From: Stylophora pistillata
Lineage: Eukaryota
Direction: 5' to 3'
Length of the DNA stretch: 64,000 nucleotides
NCBI RefSeq assembly: GCF_002571385.2
Contig: NW_019217784.1
Location: 1,111,387-1,175,386 of the forward strand
Shown here one piece after another: positions 33,499 through 46,559 of the stretch. The first letter of the stretch is position 1. Each line of letters opens with the position of its first letter. The notes under the pieces are model-generated. The model was not told the DNA's origin and made no database searches. It was given only the letters and a program-made list of their open reading frames with translations. The position numbers and the translations under genes are program-made.

Positions 33499-36058
33499 AT
33501 GAAATTTTAATTAAGTAAGATCGTGAAGTGCCATGTGGGTTCTGGTTAGACTACACGCGTGCGCCTTTTTCTACGAGCTTGCAAGAGGAGATCGTTCTAT
33601 CACGCTATTGGAGGGTTTTCGCCTGACAAAGTATATCAATAGTTGAATTCTCATGACAGGCATCCTTGAATTTTGAGGGGTTCAAAAACTCACGAGAATT
33701 TTGTATGATTTTCCATTTTCGTTCAATTTTGCAGCTCAAGGATAAAAAGAATAGAGCGTTTTCGATCAGTTTTTAGGCTTTGCTTCTCGTAATAAGGAAC
33801 TATAAAAACACTTCCGCAAAGGATTATTAAGAAATAACCTAACGGTGAAGGTCGGATCAAAGATTTTGACGCCGACCCAAAATTAGCGAAAAAACAACAT
33901 AAAGAGGGTTGTAGAAGAGGTTTCAGCCGATAAAATCTTTTGACATTTTTACTTCATGATATTAGGTCAAGAAGAAACTTGTGAATGTCGCTTTGATGGT
34001 TTTTCCAAAGTGGTAGATATCTATTTTTATCGCACAGAACTCGGAGCGTCTGCATTTGCGACTTTCAGTTCGCAGATCAACGTTTGAATGGGATCTCCTC
34101 TTACTGGGCTTTAAATGGCTGGACAGAGCAGAGAATGAAGACTTGAGCCTCGTATTTACACGAATCTTTCTTTACCTCGTTTTCTAGGGAAGCAGATCTC
34201 AGTGTTTATCCTCTCTTCAGCAATTGCCTTTGCGCTGGCATTTATAGTTTAAGATTATCGTTTCCGTTAGATTAAGAAGTCTGGTCACGAGATATCGGTG
34301 AACCTTGGTACGATCATATTACATCTCAGCAACATAATATTCGTTGCACGTCGCTTGATGCTGTTCTGTTGGAGCCCACCGACAAACCATTCGTACAGCT
34401 GAACTGAGGGATAAAACCTATCTGCAAGGTAATGTACAACCGTGTCAGATTTTAGAATTTAAGTGAAGGTGTTAGTTAAAGGCCAGTGTAGACATGAGAG
34501 GACATCGCGTTGTACGAAATGTTGGTCGCGATTGATCTCGTCTAAAATTAGAAATACCATTGAGTGCAAATATTGCCCCTTAGGTCACTAAGAACAACTA
34601 GAAGAAACATTTACACCAACCTCGGCTTAACTAGAAAACCACAAACTTAAACAGTGAAGTGTTAAAGCCAAAGGAAATGACGGCGATCTCTTAACTCGCT
34701 TCCTATCTGTGCGATGCAAGATAAAACCGAGTTCATTCTTGAGGCCATTTTCAACAGAGTGACCAATACTAAACGTATTTGAATGCCCCGAACGAGGTTC
34801 ACCTCTGTAAACTTTGCCTCTTTTAAATAATTACATATACTGTTCAATTAATTGTTTAATGTTTTCATTGGCGCCTTGGGTCCTGGATAAGCGACTGCCC
34901 TTTCCGTGCCGTAACGGTTTATTTCGTAACGTCCTCATGCGAGGGTATATCAATCGCACGCGTGTCCTATTGTTCTAGAGCTCTGGCTTGGCGCGCTTAC
35001 AGAATCACTATCCCCGTCTTAGCACTTGCGAACGCGCTGCTCTTTGTGCTCTGAAATACATATGTAGCGATCGTGGTAAGTTAGTCTTGGGGCAGACGGA
35101 GTCAAAATTTTCAGACAATCGTGAAGTCTGCGACATAAGCGGCAAACTGGCGTGCGCGCATTTAAATCTTCTTGTCATTCCCAAGAGTTTTCAGTTTGCT
35201 TGATTGAAGAAAGCTGACATCTTGCTGATTGGTGGGTGTAACTTTTGAGGATGGGATGTTAAAGGCCTGAAAATCTCGTGAAATTTCCTTCTCGCTGAAG
35301 AGGGCGTTGGATGAAGTGTTTTAGAAGATCACATTTCACGTGCCATGTATGCAATATTACACTGTGCGAAAATCATCAATCATGATCTCTTTGATTTATT
35401 TTTTACTTCCGTCCCTTCCGCCGTTTTGAACCGTATAATGAAACACAGACCTCAGAGAGATTTTCGCCTTTACGATTCAGTACACTTTATTCTGCTTTGG
35501 CTTCCATCATTTAAGACGTGAGATTAAATTGAGAACATTAGCGTCAAGAAATTTTGTCGTTTGCAATTAATTTGCTCTGTCGAAAGGTTTTAGGTTAATA
35601 TTTATCCAATTATGATGAACAAGATTAAAAAACTTATTGCTCCATAAACGTATAATCTTTTTGTGGCTATAATATGATAATGCAAACTATAGCATTCTTC
35701 CATCATCCTGATAGTAAAAAAAAATCCAAAAACGTGACTGAACTAAGTGGGTTGCTTACTTTGAAGATTAATTACAATTACCGATTTGGTTGGCAGCTGT
35801 TCACTGCCTCGTATTGCTATAACTCAAGATGAATGCTAGGATATTATTGTTGTTTAACAACTTTACCTCGACTTGACAGAAAAAAATCCAAGATACAGGA
35901 TACTTAGAAACGATTGTTGACATAATTTCTAGAACACGAGCATACAACGTGATGTGTCACCTCAAGCCATATTATGCTGAGTTCTACAGAGTAAAACGTG
36001 TTTCTAATTTTGACTTAACGCCAGACAACAAGGCCGAAGCTGTTGTCTCTATATACTT

Positions 36059-37015
36059 TTATAACATAGCTAGCAGAGCCGCGCAATCAAATTCAATATA
36101 CGTAAGCGTGCTCAAAATCTCGATAGTGCACGCTGATAGCGTGAGCAAATCGCTTCGCCATAAATTTTTTTTTGGCGCGAGCGGCCAGTGATAGCGCGGG
36201 GAAAAATAATATATTTCGCGACAGTAATGGGAACAAACAGAGACTCGGCCCACCAGTCCCAAAACGAAGACAATTTTCCGATCTTTTCCATTGGGCTAGA
36301 GTTCTTAAATGATGCAGAAAACGAGAAAAACAACGGAAAAGGAGACTGCATCCGCGCCGTCACGATTCGCTTCACTTGTCCGAGGGTGAAATGCAACAGA
36401 TTTTGACAGAAAGACACCCTGGTAAAACTAAACAAATGACAAACTGGTCTGTTTCAACCTTAAAAGGTAAACTTAAATTTTTCCGCTTTAAAATTGTTAA
36501 ATATATATTTACAGTTGTTCTCGGAAACAGTAAAACTCACGGAAAAATTGTCTTCAAAAGTATTGCCACATTTAATTACATCAAATTACGGATGTAGCGA
36601 TACCAGTCTGCCTGGTTTTCCTTCACGAAAATAACTTTTAAATGGTTTCTTTTTAAACTCAAAGAAAACTTGTTTTTATTGTAGCTTGGTGTAACGAGAC
36701 ACAAATACAAACTCCGATGGAAAACATGACGGTAGGAAAACTGGACACAAACAAATATTTCGCTTATCGCGAACAATCACTTCTGATATTGTTGTCTGTT
36801 TTTCGCGTCGGACTTGATGCACAATTCCGCCGGCTATGTTATAAAACAATCGTTTCATGCTTTTAGCTGTGCACTATTGAGTTATGGAGCACGTGGGAAG
36901 TTAGGAGAGCACTCAAGAAGCTAGAGTTGCCCTCGGACGCTTCTTTCGTGCTCTCCAAACTTCCCGCGTGCTCCATAACTCGATAGTGCACGCTAAAGCA
37001 TGAACCAATTGTTAA
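36059..37015 (+). mobile_element. Crypton-like (tyrosine-recombinase transposon) deletion derivative
   Basis: TTATAACATAGC (36059) is inverted against GCTATGTTATAA (36833), followed by a ~170-bp terminal hairpin (36845-37015). A frameshifted coding relic at 36228-36467 (FPIFSIGLEFL...RFAS/LSEGEMQQILTERHPGKTKQMTNWSVSTLK, then a GT donor) resembles the N-terminus of Crypton/DUF3504-type proteins as recalled. Confidence 0.65.
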
Positions 37016-38959
37016 TCATATTCTCCAGTTAATAGCACAGTTGAACTTTTGAGTCTAAAGATAAAAGTCTGAAAAAGCTGTTGCCAAGCGGCCATACCAG
37101 GTGACTAGTTACTCAGTTAGGAATCTGTACTTGCCTACCGTACCTAAACAAGTTACGAAAATCATGAATAATGAGCACTTTTTGTAAAATCTCAAGTACC
37201 CAGGTATATGTTTTAGTAAAATGACATGTGCTCACTAGCTATTTCATACGATGCCATTTGTGTGAAGGAGTTTATTTTGCTGTCATACTGAAAGATTTTT
37301 ACCCAACTTTTAAGACAGCAAAAGCCAATAACTGCATACCTGTGTACTTTAAAAAGTTTTCTTTTAAACTTGAATCTAAGGTTTCGGTTTCGACGAAATC
37401 TTACGGTATTTTCAGTTTTCAAATGGAAACTTCAAGTATCACTTACGTGTTGGAATGTTTATTATGCTGTACAACGTCTTCAAGTCTGTGTTGGAAACCT
37501 TAGCTTAGCTAAAAACAATTCTAACGTGTTCTTTTTTTACGTTCACGTAGGAAACTAATTCTCACTACCTGTTCAAATATGTTTATATCGCTGCAAATCT
37601 CATAATATACTAGGCATTAGTTGTCAATTATTTGGGTTTAAAATGTACCGAATTCAAAGTTACAGAATAGACTTATTATCCATTTAAAAAATCATTGAAC
37701 ATATGATACATTTTCTTCTGATATCTTAAGGGTCTAAATTTTTTAAAGTCATTTTCTGCCGGCGTTCAAAGCCAAAGCTAAAACTGAAGTTTTTCTCTTC
37801 CTTGCTCTCTTTAGTCAATTTGCGTTTAAATTTCTGTGAAGGATTCATCCCTAGTGTTCCTTCACACAGCTGTCCTAATGAGGAAACCTGATATACTAAA
37901 CCTTTTCATAACGGATGATGAATCCACAAGAATGAACGGTTTCTCCAATCTTGGTAGTAAACATGACCGTAAACACCTCATTCAATCATATCAAATACGT
38001 CTGGCCTGTCCGCTGGTGTTCTGTTAAATTAGTGACACACTGCATCCTCTAGACTGGTAGTTTCTCACAACCTTAGACCGGAACACATACTTCACATTGT
38101 GTTGCATTTTGCCCACTGTGAGGGTGACAAGAGCAAGCTTTTCTTTTGCATTGCCCATGCTCCTATTCAGACAATCTCATCCCTTATCTTAAAATGGTTA
38201 TTCGTCGTATTAGTCAAGAAGCAGAAAAAAAAGTCCCTTTGTTGGAGCCGACTGCTCAGATTTTTTTGATAACTCCTTGGTTGACGGAAAGCAAAAATTT
38301 TTTTTGGCAGACACATCGAAAAATTCTAAATATTTAGAGGGCCAGATTTACTGTCAATAACTTCTGCCTGGTGTCTTGGATTAAAACAAAAAAGATGGGC
38401 TCATTTCTCGACGGGAGTCGATTACATAATAATGGAACATTGAAGATATATGTTGGAATATGTTGAATCTACGAAGTATTTTAAAATCCTTACCTAAAGA
38501 AAGAGGATGTTCAAATTTCATCCCAAATCAGCTGAAACATGTTCAGAAACGTGACTGATTATAAAGGGAATTTTAGTTTTGGCGATGTGTGCCAAGTTTT
38601 CAGCTTAAAGATATATCTCGCTTATTCAAGGTTTCTCACGCAATACTTACGTCAATGCACTGACGAAGTTGACCTTTTGTGGGCAATCGTAATTTCAGGC
38701 TACGTGTTGCTCAGGATGTTTTGGCAAATCGGCTCAGCGTCATTTTCAAAGGGTTTTGCCATTGCTAGTGAATTTTTTGTAGAATTTTAGGGGCCTATCC
38801 GGTACCTCCTTGGATATTGAAAAGTGCTCGTACTGTTTTAGGAACACAGATAAAGTTTAGAAAATAAGTTTCTTGAAAAAATTAGGCTCTTTCTCACCAA
38901 TGACGTAAGTAATTCAAAATAAAACTACCAAAACAATAATAGTCTAGAAAGCAATAACA

Positions 38960-39400
38960 ATGAAAGGTGATCGAAGTAATCAATCACATCGCTGAAGGAT
39001 CATTGTCGCCTTCAGGAGACCCCGCGTAATGTTAAATTTACAGCATCGACGATTTTCATTAACTGCCTTGAAGAGGTGGTTTACCAACTTTATATCAGAG
39101 CGCACTCAACAGATGTCAATAGCTATCAGCCGCCCCACTAACGACTTGTTCTCAAGGAATCTAGCGGAGGAAGCTAACTTTACCAACTGACTAACCACAA
39201 CTAACGATCGCTTCCTGAGTGTGGCGACCCAATAACATCACGGTGGAATTTAGTTCCCATGAAGCAGACCTAACACATAGACTAAAAAACAACTACCCGT
39301 TTGACTCTGACGGTGACTTCCGCTCTGGATGTTGAAAACATTAATCACTGTCACCAGCAACAGTCAAATACATCAAAGTACACGATCGTCTGTTGCTCAG
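38960..39400 (+). mobile_element. Highly decayed 3' fragment of a Penelope-like element
   Basis: Broken peptide traces NHIAE..., WFTN, LNRCQ resemble a Penelope endonuclease C-terminus. They are followed by a decayed hammerhead-like CTGACGG-TGAC...GTT-GAAAAC at ~39307-39340. Confidence 0.55.
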
Positions 39401-42400
39401 AGTATTTCAGTGTACTTAGATAACCATTAAGCAAAACCCAAAATCCTCAAAGGCTATTAAGGTCAACGAAGGTGAATTCTAAATGATTTTCGTCTGTGAG
39501 CATAAATCAGTTTTAACCATGGTAAAAAAACCCCTTTACGACAAGATTGTTTCTCTTCGCTGTGTCGGTTCTTCAATCAAGAGCTGTCACACGGAGGAAA
39601 AACCTGTTGATGCTTACAAATAAAAACTTCCTTTTGCCACAGCTATCGCTGCCATTTTTGTTATGACAAGAGCCGGTGTTTTCCGATTTTCTTGAGAGAG
39701 GGGAAGCTATTCGAAATGATACTTAAATAAAGAATGATATGTTGTCCTCAATTTTCACCTTTTCATCTTCAGTCTTTCCTATGATCACCAATGCAAAATT
39801 CCCTTAAATTTCTACTCCATTAAAATCAGTGAAATGTTAACAACATTCACAAAGACTTAGCAGATCATTTTCTTTAGAGAGGGCTTTTTTTTTTCAAAAA
39901 GCATCAGCGATGAATTGTAGTTAATTGAATAATTATTTTGCCTTGTTTTCCTCTCGAGGTTTCGTTTGTTATTTTAGTTTTAGTTGGTCAAAGGTTATGT
40001 TTCCTTCTTATTCAAAACAAGTGGTAAAGGTGTTTTTCATTGAATTTATTTTGAATCGTTCCAGCAGTAGTTTCTGATTTTGTCGAAAAAACAGCGGGTT
40101 TGTCTTACTTTAAAACGTGGACAGTGGGCGTGCGCGATGTCCTTAGGGGCAAAAAGCTCTTATAATGTTCTTTTGACCGCAAGATTGCTCAGTTTGTTCC
40201 CATCGCTCTTGTCTGAGTGATCCTAAAACAATAGAAATCCTATCTGCGGGTGTCTGTCCTGTAATTTGAGTTGAGAAATGTCCTCAAACTCCCAGAACTA
40301 CGCTTTCTACCAAAATTCACTGCACAGAATATCGATGGAGGACTTTTAGTAAGTATGAAAGTCAATGCAAGTGTCCTTTAAGAACCAAGCTTAGGCAGCG
40401 GTATGGAGAGAAGAGTAATTCAACCTTAATTAGTGTTTTTTACCAGGGTAATAGTTTCCATCAGCACTGCTTCACTTTGGAGTAACACAGGTCGTGATAA
40501 ATGGGTATCATAGCCGTTCCATTATCGTCGACATAGAAGTCCCAATATCCTTCCTTCCTTATTGGTTGTTGGTTTCCTATGGGACGAAGCCCCTCCCTGT
40601 TGGTAAAGATCATAGTAGGCGACAAATTCTGTAGCGCAGTCAGTGTTATCTGTCAACGTTTTTACACGACCCCACCCTTTATATAATGTTTTCTTTTGCT
40701 CCTACAAGGACAGTAATATTCGTGATCGATAATGTTCTTAGGAAGAATTTGCCTCAACTTACAGAAACGAAAAGCGTTTTCTTTTTTTTTTTGGTGTTAC
40801 TTTTCATTATTACTTTCTTAAATATTTGATGTTAACTATGTTCGATTTATAACATATTGGAGTTTTTGAACAGTTTGTTACTTTCTTTTTGTGTTCGAGT
40901 ACTTATAGTCCCAGTGAATGTAGCATGCCCAATGAAAGCAACTTTTATAGCATGGAGATGTTGCTTTTCTTGCAGATGCGACTTAAGTAGTTTGTTGACC
41001 GTTTCACTGAAGGAACCAGAGTTGTTTCGCTTTTAGCTTTGTTGAAGGTTAAGGCTGGTATTGGTGAGGCAGACAACAGATATATGCTTGAATTTGCAGA
41101 TAGAATTATACGCACTCTATCCATCTATTGTGCGCACTTTATCTAAAGCAGAAAAACTTGTTTAGATCAATAGCATAATAGGTGAGGTTCAGTTAAAGTG
41201 ACTGTCTGTGCCTGCTTCTAGCACAGTGACAGGGTAGAATTTTACCCAAGGATAACAAGCACGCCTTAAACTAAAACCATGTTAATGAACGAAATATATG
41301 AAAACCGTTGAGAGCTTTTAGGGAAAGTGGCAAAGAGTCTGCAAAGCTGAAGACTGCTCCAGCTTTCTTTAAGATGTGTGGCATTACGTTAAAATTTGCT
41401 GTCAGAGTTAAAAAGACTGATCTGAAAGGCGCTAATATCTCAACAATATTATAAGGCGGTATTCATATGTTAAGGATTGGCAGACAGATGGAAAGTTGAT
41501 GGGTGTCAAATATATTAATCATTTGGAGATAACAAGATAATGGCTTTGGAAAAGATGCTCTTGTATTTAACCTTAGAAGTCAAATTGGCAAGGGATTAGC
41601 TGTGAAATGCCAGATACCAGAGAACGCATTTGCAACTACCTGTAAGAAACGAACCAAAAGTTTCTGCCCTCTTGTTTTGATTGGGTTGTTGTTTGTTGTT
41701 GTTTTTGTTGTTGTTTGATAAAGATGTTTTCCTTTCAAATGTAGATTGTGACGGCATAGGTAGACCAAAGTGTTTTAATGATAATTTTCAACTACAAAGG
41801 GGAACAAGTTTTTCTTGCACCGTGGTGAGAAATGAATTGATAAAGCTTGCTTTGGTTGTTGAAAAGAAAAATAAGATATTTATCAGTATTTATAAGCGGA
41901 CAACGCTAATGAAAAAGGTATAAGAAAACCACATTTCCCCGTTTTAATGACCGTGTTATTGTGAAACCCTCTTACTAGAGCTGAATGTCAATTATTGAGT
42001 GGGATGGGTGATACAGGTTATTGTGGCTGGCTATGATATCCATGTGATAATTCTTTGATTTTCACGCCGCTGATTTTAAGCCGAGCAAAGACATCTCGGT
42101 AAGCTCCTCTTGTAACTAGCTAAGAAACACCTCTTGCAATTGGATTACATAGCTCTCTCTTTATAATCAGGTTTTGTTATTTGCTATTGTGGAGAGAAAG
42201 GAATGTGATTCTCGACTTTAAATACCTGTGGTGTTACCGTGAAAATTGGATTTTATCTACCCACTGTGTGGTGGTAGACAATCTCAAAATTTGGACACTA
42301 TATCCGACAAAAAGGGCAGATAAAAATTTTAATATGCTTTTGAAAGTTGTCCATCATAATCTGTATTCAGAGGTAGAATATAATGTTTGCAGTATTGAAT

Positions 42401-44599
42401 GGGCTAGGTCTCATAAAATTATTGGAGGGAAAAGGTTTCTGTATCAAAAGGATAAACTTTGCGAACTTTGATCTTTTTGTGGTTACTTTTTATTACTTAT
42501 GCGAAATTTATCGTAAACACCTTCACAAAGTGGCATTATATGGACTTAAAAAACAAAAACTGAAAATGACTCGAAACTTATTTTTACCGCGCAAATTCCT
42601 GCATAATTGGGTAAAAAGAATATTTTTGATAAATATTTTACTATCAAGTGGGACAATAAGACTTGCGGTGAGTTCAGTATTACGTAAACAGTTTGCGAGA
42701 AACATCCTGTCAAGATTAATGTCGAAAAGCTTTTTGACCTAATAACAAGTGGCATTTCCTTCTTCTTAAACTTGGTAATGTTTTAATTAGATCATTGTTT
42801 CAACCTTTGGCTTCACTTCTTGAAATTTCGTTTAACCTTGGATTCATTCAGCTGCGTGCACCACTCACCGGCTTTGTTCACATTTCACGACGCGATCTTA
42901 TGCGATAAAATTATTTTTCCGCTTTTGTTTGCAAACGTTAGCCTTCTCTATTCAGCGGGGCCCCGTGAACATTGTAAATTGGCTGGAGGAAATCGAAACG
43001 ACCCGGAAATGAGAAGCTATTGTAAGGTTAGGCGTAAAAATCGTCTAATGTACAACTCCAATCGAAACACGCCATCGATCACAATTATAAACTTCTATGA
43101 CCTCATTGTGTTCGTCAACAAACTAACATCGTGAAAGAGCGGGATAATAGCAAGTGCATTTTTATCGCGGTTTGTTGTCAACATCATTGTATTTGCAACT
43201 GGTAATTGCAACACCTTTGCTAGATCAGTCTAGATAGTCTTGGTTACGTTGCACAGAAAATTGAAAGAAAATAAGATGAACGCATTGTTGGGATTTAATA
43301 TTTAGTTACTGTGTCTGCGGAAGTTGGATCTGGTTTCGCACGTGAAACAAAGACTTAAGCACCGCCCTTTCTGGCGTGTCAAGGTTAAATATAATTTTGT
43401 ATAAACACAATTCATCAAGCTGTCTTTGGGCTATTATCATCAGTTCTTAGTGTTTTCATAATGGTGCAATTTTATCCGCGCGAAATGCGAGCTATTAAAA
43501 GAATGCACCCAAGCGACTCTTTGTCTAGCTGGCACTGGAGAATTCGACAGAAAAAATTATTGAAGCTATTTTAAATGCTCAGCCGTCTTAAAACTCAATA
43601 ACTGTTCTTGGGGGTTTTCTAATGGCCCTTAATGCTGAATTTACATCGATTAATGGGCAAGGTCGTTAAAATTGACCATTGTAAATTGCTTCTTCAGAAA
43701 CTATAGTTTGCGTGACTTGGTTTAATGATATTTCGCGTACGGGGTTACTGATAGCGGGCGGTCGATCAACTTCAATAAACATCTTTGTTTAGTAGTATCT
43801 ACTTGGTATTTCTCGCAGTTTAATTATGCAAATTATCTGAAAATCATTTAGCTCGTATCTCTGTGAAAGCCAGGATTTGTGGCACTTGGTAGTGCGATGT
43901 TGTCGCCGATCGGTCAAATTTCCCGCTGGTTCCGATGTTTTTCCGCATTTATGAACCCCACAACTTAAGACATGGATCGCCATCTCGAACAATACGTTAT
44001 AGAGAACTGTATAATGCTTGCGCAAATATTCAAAGGTTGCGTGTCTTAGCGTATGTTTTTGGAAGAAGTGAAAATTATCCATCTAGAATCTGTAAGATCC
44101 GTTATCGAGGCCTGTCATTAATTTTGCCGGCCGATGACAGTCCGTGTCTTATCATAACACGCGGGTCAAATGGAATTTCTAACTTGTTTCCTGAACAAAA
44201 GACCTCCGCGTAAGGGGAGGGAATGTTCTGTATAATATCTGCCGGCGTGACTATCATTAAAACGAGTAAGCGGAGAAAAAGGTACAATTACTCGAAGAAC
44301 GCCTTTGTGAGTCTGTGGTCGTCGTATCTTGTTCGTGATATCTAGTTTCACGTGCGTACGTCAAAGTGTTAAATTGCTGTTTACCCAACGAAATTCACGC
44401 ATGATAGTCATGCGAACCCTTCTAGCTGCCATGGCTATTTTCAACGATCGTCAGTAAATCTGACATTAAAATTTCTCTCGTTGTCTAGCCGAAATAGCCT
44501 GAAGCTGTTGTTCTGTAAAAGCGCGAGTACTGAGCTCGCGAAGCTAGAAATAAAAAACCGCACTGACGTTTCAGACAAAGAGTCTTCGCCGTGTCAGTT

Positions 44600-44800
44600 A
44601 AGGGCGATTCTGGGCCAATCACTCGCTCCTCGTGACGAATAAATGCAATCAGGCTGAACGTTCCTAAGCCCTGGGGCAATTTTCAGTCACAACTGTTAAA
44701 GAGCCCTTGAACCTCTATTTGACAGCCCGACCATATATAGCAGTGGTTTCCACGGATACCCGACAGTTCCAACAGATTATGTCAAAGTTCAGCTTTTACA
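44600..44800 (+). promoter_or_regulatory. COUP-TF core promoter (putative)
   Basis: GCCAATCA (~44614), CRE half-site TGACG (~44632), TATA-like CATATATAG (~44732) and DR1-like ATGTCA-A-AGTTCA (44779-44791). Confidence 0.55.
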
Positions 44801-45098
44801 GACATGACACAGTTGATGTTTTTACATAGCGAGCTACTGTTTGCTGCTTGTGTGCTCTCCTCTCTGCCGCTACACGTCTACATATGCCACTTAGCCGCGT
44901 GAAAAAAACATTCGCGCAAAGGATTTCTAGTCGAGTAAGTGAACGCGACATCACGCGCTGCTGGGAACCCACTAATTATTTCCGCGTGCAATGATCTCTC
45001 GCTACTGAGCGATTAATCACAGGAACAAGGGCCGCTCGCGAAACAGCACTAACTGTTGGATTTATAATTATATCCGTAGTCCTAATCTACCGGGTGGT

Positions 45099-46559
45099 AT
45101 GGCCGTGAACCCCGTTTCAACCTGGTGCACGGAGAAGACCGAACCGGTTGAAGAGCCATCCGAAAAAAATGTGCAGCAAGTGGAGTGCGCAGTTTGTGGC
45201 GACAAGTCCTCTGGAAAGCATTATGGAGTGTTTACCTGTGAGGGATGCAAGTCATTTTTCAAGCGCAGCGTTCGCCGTAACCTCAGCTACACTTGTCGAG
45301 CATCGCGGAATTGCCCCATTGATCAGCATCATCGAAATCAGTGTCAGTATTGCCGGCTGCGAAAATGCATCAAGGTCGGCATGAGACGCGAGGGTACGGG
45401 TGAGAAATTTTCATTTGAGTAACAAATCCGTAAGCGTCACTTTGACTGTTAGTTGTGAGTACCTGCTGTAAGTGCATGAGTAACATGTTGAATGAACCTT
45501 TTCACCTTTTCACGACAGCCGTCCAGCGAGGTCGCATCCCTCCTACACCAGTGCCTCAGCCAAGTCCGCAGCACTCGGCGTTGAATGGAGCTGATGTTAC
45601 AAATGGCCACTCGTTCCTTTCTGGATTTATCAGCTTGCTGCTCAGAGCCGAACCATATCCCACGGCGCGATTCCAACAGGGTCTAAACATGCCTTGTGGG
45701 ATCATGGGCATCGAGAACATCTGCGAATTGGCAGCTCGTTTGCTCTTCAGCGCTGTGGAGTGGGCAAGAAATATCCCTTTCTTCCCGGATTTGGCAGTCA
45801 CCGATCAAGTAGCGCTTCTGCGTTTGGTGTGGAGCGAATTGTTTGTACTAAACGCTGCCCAGTGTCCAATGCCCCTTCAAGTTGCTCCTCTGTTAGCCAC
45901 TGCTGGTATCCATTCGAACCACATGTCTCCTGATAGAATGGTGACATTTATGGATAACGTAAGAATCTTCCAAGAGCAGGTCGAGAAGTACCGTAATCTC
46001 CATGTAGATGCTGCAGAATTCGCGTGTCTCAAAGCTATCGTCCTCTTTACATCAGGTGAGTGATTTGAAAGGATACAAGTTTTAATTTCAGAGATTGTTG
46101 CTACAAGTGGTTTTCTAATACATTTTAATATTTCATAACTGCTAGCGAAAATCAGGGGATCTTGATCCATCGACCGCGGCAAATTAATAGTAATGCTGTT
46201 TGGAGTGTGTTTCCCGCCTATCTCTCCACCAAACAACATCAGCTCCAGTTTGTAATGTCACGAAATATAATTGTGTTTTCGCAGATGCCTCCGGTCTGAC
46301 AGATCCGCAGTACATCGAGAGTCTGCAGGAAAAGACACAATGTGCATTAGAGGAGTATACAAGAAATCAGTATCCAAATCAACCCACTCGCTTTGGCAAA
46401 TTGTTGTTGAGGTTACCATCTTTACGAAGTATCAACCCTTCCATTGTCGAACAGCTTTTCTTTGTGCGTCTCGTGGGTAAAACGCCAATTGAGACTCTGC
46501 TTAGAGATATGTTATTGTCCGGAACGCCTACAAGCTGGCCTTATCTTCCTTGTTCATAA
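45099..46559 (+). CDS. NR2F: COUP transcription factor (NR2F nuclear receptor), 3 exons, 368 aa
   Basis: Exons 45099-45393, 45519-46055, 46285-46559. [97 protein letters not shown]...[13 protein letters not shown]...[25 protein letters not shown]. Confidence 0.98.

Noticed and set aside
40480-41620. Possible very old LINE RT remnants (QVVINGYHS..., TKTMLM..., KLMGVK..., KLARGL)
   Set aside because: Too decayed to support by eye; needs a translated HMM search.
45449-46239. Alternative-frame and antisense ORFs over COUP-TF
   Set aside because: Shadows of a GC-richer coding region; no independent motifs.
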